Position numbers and translations under genes: made by a program | Shown here: positions 56,701 through 64,000 of the stretch, piece by piece | Position numbering within the stretch: position 1 is the first letter of the stretch | How the letters are laid out: the number at the start of each line of letters is the position of its first letter | Notes under the pieces: model-generated | What the model was told of the DNA's origin: nothing | Databases searched by the model: none | The model's input: only the letters and a program-made list of their open reading frames with translations | Origin: Patescibacteria group bacterium | GTDB lineage: Bacteria > Patescibacteriota > Microgenomatia > UBA10105 > UBA927 | Direction of reading: 5' to 3' | Assembly: GCA_049322955.1 (NCBI GenBank) | Contig: JBMOPU010000012.1 | Span: forward strand, 617,517-681,516 | DNA: 64,000 bases

Positions 56701-57990
56701 ATGAAATTATTAGTATTGGCTGTAACCATACTCATAGGACTTCTATCACCGTCGGTAGCATATGCTTCAACTAACGCACCTACGGAGGTAACAGCGTTTA
56801 CTAATGACGCTCTTTCAATAGTTACACTTATCTCGACCGCAGCAACGGTCTTTTTTTTAATTCGGGGTGGCTATATCTACATTACCTCCACTGGTAAGCC
56901 GGACGCTTTAGAAGAAGCCAAGAAAACTATCAGAAATGCCTTGATAGGCTTGGTGGTTGTTTTTGCTGCCAGTTCGATTGTCTCGTTTCTCTCTGGTGCA
57001 TTAGTCGGTGACGGTTCAACTACTTCCACATCCAACTTACCTATTACCCAAATTGAGAGTGTTGCGCCTAGTGATGGCTTAACCCAAGTACTTATTGATG
57101 CAGTCAACGGCTTTATTCAAAACATTGTTGAAAGTTCCACCAAGCCAATAGTTGATGGCATTATGACCTTTCTTTCAACCACACCATCACTTCTAGAGAA
57201 TGCTTCGATCGTTAAATTCTGGCTAATCATGCTCGGGATTACCGACACGTTATTCGTGCTGGTTGTAGCGCTTCTAGGCCTTCAGTTTATGAGTGCTTCC
57301 ACCTTTGGATTTGAAGAGATTGAATTTAAACACCTGCTTCCCCGAATTGGCTTGGCTTTTCTCGGAGCCAATATTTCGCTTTTCCTGGCTGACTACGCCC
57401 TAAAAGCGAGTAATGCTCTAGTTTCTGGTGTCATTTCCGCTACTGGAGGACTAAATCACGCATGGATTAGTAACGCCGTTACTATCTCAAGCATTACTAA
57501 CGGTACTGCACCATTTATTATCCTGATTTTCCTACTCATATTCCTAATCGTGGCGATTGTGCTACTTCTTATGTACATAAGTCGCCTGATAGTGATCTCG
57601 CTTGGTGCTGTGCTCTCACCATTTATTTTCCTACTCTCAGCAATCCCCAAGACAGCCGACTTTGCCGAGATGGCAGTAAAAGGGTACTTTGTTTCAGTAT
57701 TTACCATCTTCATCCATGTGGTGACGATTCAGCTTGCGGGTACTTTTTTGTCTCTCCCTGAACAAACTAATAATTCGCTCATCTCAATCGCTGTCGCGAT
57801 TGGGTTACTCTTAACTCTGCTTAAAATTCCCTCATTCATGATGCAACTCATCCTCTTTTCTAGAAGTGTAGGAGCAGTTCGCCATATGGGTAGTCAAATC
57901 ACCAATGTGTTAAGTACTGACTCTAGCTCAAACATGTCATACAAAGGCACCAAATCGGCCAAATTGCCTAGAAGGAGTGCCAACCTATGA
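56701..57990 (+). CDS. VirB6/TrbL-like polytopic membrane protein with N-terminal pilin-like domain
   Basis: N-terminal GGYIYITSTGKPDALEEAKKTI; multiple TMs; LSPFIFL..PKT VirB6-like core. Confidence 0.72.
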   Translation: MKLLVLAVTILIGLLSPSVAYASTNAPTEVTAFTNDALSIVTLISTAATVFFLIRGGYIYITSTGKPDALEEAKKTIRNALIGLVVVFAASSIVSFLSGALVGDGSTTSTSNLPITQIESVAPSDGLTQVLIDAVNGFIQNIVESSTKPIVDGIMTFLSTTPSLLENASIVKFWLIMLGITDTLFVLVVALLGLQFMSASTFGFEEIEFKHLLPRIGLAFLGANISLFLADYALKASNALVSGVISATGGLNHAWISNAVTISSITNGTAPFIILIFLLIFLIVAIVLLLMYISRLIVISLGAVLSPFIFLLSAIPKTADFAEMAVKGYFVSVFTIFIHVVTIQLAGTFLSLPEQTNNSLISIAVAIGLLLTLLKIPSFMMQLILFSRSVGAVRHMGSQITNVLSTDSSSNMSYKGTKSAKLPRRSANL

Positions 57991-58460
57991 GAACTACGAT
58001 AATTCCAGCTCAGATTACGACTGTTGAAGATAAAGTGGCTGGCTCACTCAATATGACTCAGGTATTAATCCTGATGACGCCGATTCTTTGGACTGCTCTC
58101 ATCTACACTCTTTTTGCACCTACTATGAAGCTCGTGCCCTATAAGCTTGGGCTCATTGGCGTCGTGATCGTGATCTGTCTAATTCTCGTTATTCGGATTA
58201 AAGACAAAATAGTAGCTGAGTGGCTTGGAGTGGTACTCAGGTATCAATTCCGCCCTAAGTACTGGCTCTATAACAAAAACGATACTACTAACCGCATTAT
58301 TGATATTCCTGATATCCCAGACATTGCCCTTGTTAAACGAAAATCAACAAAGAAGGTCTCTAGCGATCAAAAGACTGAAATAAATATTTCTGACCTTGTT
58401 CGTCTCGAGCAATTAATCGACTCAGGCAAGGTAGCCGTTCGTTATCAAATGAAGAATTAA
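57987..58460 (+). CDS. PrgI family (VirB3-like) protein
   Basis: IPAQITTVEDKVAGSLNMTQ, two TMs. Confidence 0.8.
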   Translation: MRTTIIPAQITTVEDKVAGSLNMTQVLILMTPILWTALIYTLFAPTMKLVPYKLGLIGVVIVICLILVIRIKDKIVAEWLGVVLRYQFRPKYWLYNKNDTTNRIIDIPDIPDIALVKRKSTKKVSSDQKTEINISDLVRLEQLIDSGKVAVRYQMKN

Positions 58461-58464
58461 AACT

Positions 58465-59082
58465 ATGAATATCTTTAGTAAATCAAAAAAGTCTAGCAGT
58501 CGAGGACAAATCCAGATTAAAGAAGTCGTGGATAATATCCTCGTACTCCCTGGTAACGAATATCGCCAGATTTTAGAAACTTCATCGGTTAACTTTGAGC
58601 TCAAGAGTGAGGAAGAACAGGATGTGATTATCGATAGCTTTCAAAACTTCTTAAATTCGTTACCGTGTGAAATCCAAATATTAGTGAGAGTGAGAGAAGT
58701 GGATATTGATCGCTATGTCGAAGATATTGGTAAAACCAAAGACAAAGAAACCATTCCTGCCTACAAAAAGCAGATTGAAGGTTACTGCTCGTTCGTTAAA
58801 AAACTTGTCTCTGGTAACAAGATTCTTTCCCGCCGTTTCTATATTGTTATTCCTTACAAGCACGCGGAGCGTCATCAAGATATGAAACTCATCAAAGAAC
58901 ATTTAAACCTTGAGAAAGACATTATAATCAAAGGCTTGGAGAGAATGCAAATGAAAGCACGAAGTTTAACTGGCCTTGAAATTCTCAATTTATTTTATGG
59001 TTTCTACAACCCTGAAAATCTGAAAACTCAGGCCATAACGAGGGAAACGGTCGAAGCCTTACTAAAGAACAACTATGTTTAA
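58465..59082 (+). CDS. VirB4-associated T4SS protein (TraC-N-like)
   Basis: SSVNFELKSEEEQDVII..FLNSL..IQI..RRFYIVIPY. Confidence 0.7.
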   Translation: MNIFSKSKKSSSRGQIQIKEVVDNILVLPGNEYRQILETSSVNFELKSEEEQDVIIDSFQNFLNSLPCEIQILVRVREVDIDRYVEDIGKTKDKETIPAYKKQIEGYCSFVKKLVSGNKILSRRFYIVIPYKHAERHQDMKLIKEHLNLEKDIIIKGLERMQMKARSLTGLEILNLFYGFYNPENLKTQAITRETVEALLKNNYV

Positions 59083-60874
59083 CTTAAAGAAAAGAATCAC
59101 TAACCTCAAACCGATTAAAGCTTGGCAAAAGAAGCGCAAACTCAAAGTCATGACAAATCAGGCGGTCAAAATAGCGTTTGGTACACAGGATCAAGTGGAT
59201 TTAATATCCTACTCAGGCCTCAAAGAGGAATCCTCGTATTTGCAGATTAACGATAGATATGTCCGCACCTTGTTTGTTTCTGGATATCCCTATGTAGCTT
59301 CAACTGGTTGGCTCAACAACCTCATCAACTTCAACCACGATATCGATATCAGCTACCATATCGAGCAAGTTGACCCGCTTACTGCCCTGCCCAAACTAAT
59401 CAGAAAAATAACTGAGCTTGAGTCCACCAAGCGTACCATGCTTAAAGAAGGCAAAGTCATAGGGAGCGAAATTACTGATCCTCTTGAATCCGCCATGGAG
59501 CTTAAAGACAAAATCCAGCGGGGCATGGAAAAACTCTTTCAAATCTCAATCTATATGACGATTAGTGCGGAATCGCTGATTGAGTTAAACAAAGTCACCA
59601 AACTTTTAGAAACAGTCATGCAAACAAGGCTTTTCTACATCAAGTCTGCCACCTTTCAGCAAATCGAGGGGTTACAGTCCATTCTCCCTAGAGCTGAGAA
59701 CAAACTCGCGCAAAAACGTAACCTTGATAGCTCTAGTGCTGCCTTAACATTTCCTTTCGTCTCATCTGAACTCGTACAGGAATCAGGCATCCTCTATGGC
59801 ATTAACAAATCAAATAACTCATTAGTAATTATCGACCGATACTCTCTTAACAATGCCAACTCTATAATTTTTGCACAGTCTGGATCGGGCAAAAGCTATA
59901 CCGCTAAAGTAGAGATCTTGAGACATCTCATGCAGGGCACCAAAGTCATCATTATTGACCCTGAGAGGGAATACAAACAACTGGCTGCAAGTGTGGGCGG
60001 AACATATATCAAACTCTCAGCCACTTCCAAAGAGAAAATTAATCCGTTCCAATTCTCTCAGCACTCAGTTACATCGGAAAATAACTTAGCCGAGCATATT
60101 CAGGATTTAACTGAGCTTATTTCTCTCATGGTGGGGTCACTCACCTCAGAGGAACGTGCGGTAGTGGATCGAGCGCTACTTCTTACCTACAAAGAGGCCA
60201 AGCTAACTCCTCGCAAAAACGCTAAAAAGCAAAAAGAAGTTGAATACCCACTCCTGAAGGATTTCTACAAAAACCTCAAAACCATGAAGCATAGAGATTT
60301 ATGCGACAGACTCGAGCGATTTGTTAAAGGTTCGCTATCAACCGTCTTTGATTCTCAAACTAACATTAAACTAGATAACCGCCTGATAGTCTTTGACATC
60401 AAAGACCTAAATGAATCAATCAGGTCAATCATGATGATGGTGGTGGCCAACTTCGTAAATAATGAAGTAAAACAAAATCCTCAAAAACGAATGCTAGTTA
60501 TTGATGAGGGATGGATTCTCCTCCAAGAGCCAGAAAGCGCCAGATTTATCTCAGGACTTGTCAGACGTGCTAGAAAATATTATCTAGGTGTCACAATTAT
60601 TTCTCAACAAGCCAATGACTTCCTCAATCAAGATTATGGAAAAGCAATCGCGAGCCAGTCTTCACTTAGAGTCCTAATGCGCCAAGACACGACCACCATC
60701 AAAAAAGTGGCTGATGAATTCCATTTATCTGCTTACGAACAACATTATCTGCTGACCTGTGATCGCGGTGAAGCTTTAATTATTGCCGATCAAAATCATG
60801 TGGCAGTCAAAATTGTAGCCTCAGAGCAAGAACACCCATTTCTGACTACTGATCCCCGGGAAGTCTATATCTAG
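59075..60874 (+). CDS. virB4: VirB4-like type IV secretion ATPase
   Basis: NSIIFAQSGSGKS Walker A, IIDPEREY, LVIDEGW Walker B, RARKY, ISQ. Confidence 0.88.
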   Translation: MFNLKKRITNLKPIKAWQKKRKLKVMTNQAVKIAFGTQDQVDLISYSGLKEESSYLQINDRYVRTLFVSGYPYVASTGWLNNLINFNHDIDISYHIEQVDPLTALPKLIRKITELESTKRTMLKEGKVIGSEITDPLESAMELKDKIQRGMEKLFQISIYMTISAESLIELNKVTKLLETVMQTRLFYIKSATFQQIEGLQSILPRAENKLAQKRNLDSSSAALTFPFVSSELVQESGILYGINKSNNSLVIIDRYSLNNANSIIFAQSGSGKSYTAKVEILRHLMQGTKVIIIDPEREYKQLAASVGGTYIKLSATSKEKINPFQFSQHSVTSENNLAEHIQDLTELISLMVGSLTSEERAVVDRALLLTYKEAKLTPRKNAKKQKEVEYPLLKDFYKNLKTMKHRDLCDRLERFVKGSLSTVFDSQTNIKLDNRLIVFDIKDLNESIRSIMMMVVANFVNNEVKQNPQKRMLVIDEGWILLQEPESARFISGLVRRARKYYLGVTIISQQANDFLNQDYGKAIASQSSLRVLMRQDTTTIKKVADEFHLSAYEQHYLLTCDRGEALIIADQNHVAVKIVASEQEHPFLTTDPREVYI

Positions 60875-60876
60875 CT

Positions 60877-61503
60877 ATGAATCCGAAGCTAGTATTTACA
60901 CTCTGGTCATTTCGCAAAGAACTTAAATTCGCCCTCTTAGCCTTCTTAACGATCCTCATGTTGCCTGTGATTGCGGTTATCCTGCTAACTCAGGTTGGTA
61001 TCAATGTCATCTCTGACAAGCTCATTGATCAAAATTCCACAACTCAGGCCATTCAGATCAAAGATCCAACAACTGGAGAGGTAGTCAAAGAAATTAATCC
61101 GACAGTGGTCTGGCCTACAAAAGGGGTAATTACTCTGGAATTTGCACAATCGAGCATGTACCAAGTATTTCATACAGGAATTGACTTAGCTAGCAAACTG
61201 GATGAGCCGGTAAATCCTGCCATGGACGGCACTGTTATTTATGCAGGTGAAATATTCTGGGGTTACGGCAAGCACGTCATTATTGACCATGGTAATAATG
61301 TGGTGACTATCTATGCCCACCTAAACAAGATTTACGTCTTTAAAGGCCAAAAGGTGACCGTCAGTGACGTGATTGGTGGCCAAGGTCAAACTGGTTGGGC
61401 AACAGGAGTTCATCTTCACTTTCAGGTGAATGTGTATGGGATACCAGTGAATCCGAGAGTGTTCTTAGACAATCCCGCATCAGCCGATTTAACAAAGAAC
61501 TAG
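60877..61503 (+). CDS. M23 family peptidoglycan endopeptidase
   Basis: HTGID, GYGKHVIIDH, YAHL, TGVHLHF. Confidence 0.92.
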   Translation: MNPKLVFTLWSFRKELKFALLAFLTILMLPVIAVILLTQVGINVISDKLIDQNSTTQAIQIKDPTTGEVVKEINPTVVWPTKGVITLEFAQSSMYQVFHTGIDLASKLDEPVNPAMDGTVIYAGEIFWGYGKHVIIDHGNNVVTIYAHLNKIYVFKGQKVTVSDVIGGQGQTGWATGVHLHFQVNVYGIPVNPRVFLDNPASADLTKN

Positions 61504-61590
61504 GGTAATTATGCCTATGAAGTACTATAATGTAGATATAATTAATTTTTGTTGATAGCAAATAAATAGTAGCCGAATAAACATAAAATT

Positions 61591-63423
61591 ATGTGGAGCG
61601 ATAACGAAACAGCCATAGACCTTTTAAACATTGAACATTACGTTTCTACTGTTATTGAACTAGCTACGGACGAAACACTATTGCCAGTAACTATTGGTGT
61701 ATTTGGCGATTGGGGCAATGGGAAGTCTAGTCTACTGCAAATGGTTAAAGAGAAATTAGTTGCAGAAGATAAAGTTGTTTGTCTATATTTTAACGGTTGG
61801 CTATTTGAAGATTATGACGATGCGAAAGCTGCTTTAATGGGAACTATTCTTGATGAAATTGAAAAGTCTCCAAAATTTCTTACTTCAGCAAAGAAAACGC
61901 TAGATAATCTTCGCAAAAAAATAAACTGGCTCGGTCTTATGGGGGTTGCGGGGAAATACGGAATGGGTTTGATGCTTGGTGGACCCGTTGGTGGGATTGG
62001 TGCGATTGCGATGGACGTAGGACAAAAGGTTTTGAAAAAGGTAACTACTGGCGAGGTTGCGGATGCAACTCAAAAAATATTCAATGACAGTATTCCAGAT
62101 TCTACGCAAGTTAGAAAGAATATCCAAGAATTTAAAGAAGAATTTCCTAAGTTGTTAGAAGAGTCAAAAATTGAAAAATTGGTTGTAATAATTGATGATC
62201 TGGATCGATGTTTACCAGATACTATAATCAACACATTGGAAGCAATAAAACTTTTTCTTACATCAAAAAATACATCATTCCTAATCAGTATTGACGAAAG
62301 AGTAATAAAATACGCAATTACTGATAGATACAGCAAATTTGATTCACAGCAAAAGGAGAGCATATCGAGAGATTATCTTGAGAAACTTATTCAAATTCCT
62401 CTAAGAATCCCACTCATGAACAAAAGCGAGATGAAGTCGTATATAAATTTACTATTTGCTTCAAAACATTTGTCGGCAGATGTATTTACAACTCTTCTCG
62501 CATCCGTAAACGAGTCTCGGAAAGGTTCAAATTTTAACGTAGGCATTGACCTGCCTTGGTTCAAGAAAAATTCAGCAAGCGCTTTGGGTAAAGGATTGGA
62601 TGAAGAGTTGATGATTACAGAGCAAATAAATGATCTACTATATGATTTCCTGAAAGGAAACCCGAGGCAAGTAAAGAGATTTATCAACGCTTTGCTTCTA
62701 AGAATCAAGCTTGCTCATCTTCGAGGAGTTACACTCAAGAAACAGGTTTTAGCTAAACTCATGGCGTTGGAGTATATGAAAATAGACTATTTTAAAACTC
62801 TTGCGGACTGGCAAAGCCTTCAAAACGGGCAACCAAAGGAAATTAAGGAATTGGAATCAGTAAATCACGAAAAAGATGAAGACGAATATAAAAAATGGAC
62901 ATCTGATCCATGGGTTAGAAAATGGCTTAACACAGAGCCTAAATTAGGTGATGAAAATTTAGAGTCCTACTTCTATATCTCCAGAGATTCTCTCTCTCAT
63001 TTTTCTACACCATCAATTGAATTAAGTGAGACAGAACAGACAGTATTTGATGAACTTGTTTCAGGATCAGAAGCACATAAAATAAAAGGAAAGGATCTTT
63101 TCAAAAACCTTACTGAACAAGAAGCTTCAAGAATTGTTAGGGTTCTAGTTGAGAGACAGACAAAAATTGATCCTGATTCTGATGATGGTGATTTGGTTGC
63201 ACTAATTTCATCTTTACCAAACCTTAAACGAGAAGTATCAGACGATGTTATTAGCTTTTTGACTATGGCCCCAGAGAAATCAATACCACCAGCCGTGGTA
63301 GCAGAGATAAAAGGATTACAAAAGAGTGCAACAGGTGATCAGAAGGCGAGAATAGATTCTGTGTTGGAGAAATTTAAAAAATCTACAATAAATAAGCAAT
63401 TAGCCAAAGCAGTGGATTTATAA
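61591..63423 (+). CDS. qatA: KAP family P-loop NTPase, QatA-like
   Basis: MWSDNET start, TIGVFGDWGNGKSS, IIDDLDRC, DYLEKLIQIP, GNPRQVKRFIN. Confidence 0.8.
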   Translation: MWSDNETAIDLLNIEHYVSTVIELATDETLLPVTIGVFGDWGNGKSSLLQMVKEKLVAEDKVVCLYFNGWLFEDYDDAKAALMGTILDEIEKSPKFLTSAKKTLDNLRKKINWLGLMGVAGKYGMGLMLGGPVGGIGAIAMDVGQKVLKKVTTGEVADATQKIFNDSIPDSTQVRKNIQEFKEEFPKLLEESKIEKLVVIIDDLDRCLPDTIINTLEAIKLFLTSKNTSFLISIDERVIKYAITDRYSKFDSQQKESISRDYLEKLIQIPLRIPLMNKSEMKSYINLLFASKHLSADVFTTLLASVNESRKGSNFNVGIDLPWFKKNSASALGKGLDEELMITEQINDLLYDFLKGNPRQVKRFINALLLRIKLAHLRGVTLKKQVLAKLMALEYMKIDYFKTLADWQSLQNGQPKEIKELESVNHEKDEDEYKKWTSDPWVRKWLNTEPKLGDENLESYFYISRDSLSHFSTPSIELSETEQTVFDELVSGSEAHKIKGKDLFKNLTEQEASRIVRVLVERQTKIDPDSDDGDLVALISSLPNLKREVSDDVISFLTMAPEKSIPPAVVAEIKGLQKSATGDQKARIDSVLEKFKKSTINKQLAKAVDL

Positions 63424-63425
63424 AT

Positions 63426-64000
63426 ATGGGAACTTCTAAATCATATTCTGGTCCCTCAGGGAAAAACCCCTTAATTCCCGATTGGGCTGAAGATGGTGCA
63501 AGCATTCTTCCCCAAGACAGCTCCACTCAAGATACAACGAATCCAAACGAAGGTTCAGCTGAAGCCAATACGAATCAGACAAATATGCCTCCAACACCTA
63601 ACCCAGCTGCACTAGAGTCTTGGGGAGATGTAAAGGGAAACTTTACTAGGTATGCAGGGAATTCCTCATCTTCAGCAAGCGGTCGTAGTACATTGAGAAG
63701 TTTTGTAAGAGCCCAAGGAGGTGCGAAGAGCGCTTCTAGCAACTCAAGAAGAGGCCGGAGTGTAGTTCAAAATATTGGTGGCGTACTTTCTGGCTTAGCT
63801 CAGCAGGGAACTAAATTTGTCTATGAAGGTTTTAATTTTCAAGAATGCGTTGGTAAAACATCCACAGAATTATTGGCAACATTGGTCGAGCTTGTGGCTC
63901 CCGATAGCGATGACTTAGAAAGTATGATTGCACGAAATGCATCGATTGAAGCTTTTCAAAAATTATTTGAAATATTTGATATTAACGCACAAGGCTTAGA
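63426..64000 (+). CDS. qatB: QatB-like protein (partial, runs off the window)
   Basis: ATG 2 nt after the qatA stop; MGTSKSYSGPSGKNPLIPDWA N-terminus followed by a low-complexity linker. Confidence 0.65.
   Translation, partial: MGTSKSYSGPSGKNPLIPDWAEDGASILPQDSSTQDTTNPNEGSAEANTNQTNMPPTPNPAALESWGDVKGNFTRYAGNSSSSASGRSTLRSFVRAQGGAKSASSNSRRGRSVVQNIGGVLSGLAQQGTKFVYEGFNFQECVGKTSTELLATLVELVAPDSDDLESMIARNASIEAFQKLFEIFDINAQGL

Larger units (their letters stand above)
41433..64000. mobile_element. Putative integrative conjugative element inserted at tRNA-Leu(GAG); far end outside window
   Basis: Serine recombinase abutting the tRNA, T4CP, relaxase, VirB2/B6/PrgI/B4/M23, cargo and defence genes, visibly lower GC. 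Confidence 0.82.

Noticed and set aside
41433-64000. Prophage
   Set aside because: No terminase, capsid, tail or lysis cassette; the content is conjugative.

Overview
Bacterial chromosome segment, most likely Patescibacteria/CPR of the Microgenomates type. This is inferred from gene content: short PheT and ThrS, a DUF5660-like protein, VLGAS-motif surface proteins and a PilMNO cluster. Positions 1-41451 are host backbone: type IV pilus pilM/N/O; trmD-khpA-rpsP-rnc-nusB-rpmF-recG; tyrS; a class A PBP; thrS-infC-rpmI-rplT-pheS-pheT; a sortase/surface-protein locus; trigger factor; cell-wall hydrolases; folate-related genes; rsmF; and 11 tRNA genes. From 41433 to the window end lies a visibly AT-richer putative integrative conjugative element inserted at tRNA-Leu(GAG). 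It carries a large serine recombinase, a VirD4-like coupling protein, a replication-relaxation relaxase, MacAB/TetR and redox cargo, a VirB2/VirB6/PrgI/VirB4/M23 module and the start of a Qat-like defence operon. The non-coding DNA is unusually rich. It contains a canonical Tyr T-box followed by a tRNA-like element, a pheM-type Phe leader-peptide attenuator, a probable ultra-short Thr T-box, a conserved mismatch hairpin directly 5' of four tRNAs, tRNA-3'-end-derived mini-elements, and a long structured 5' UTR. All calls were made by eye from motifs; no database searches were run.
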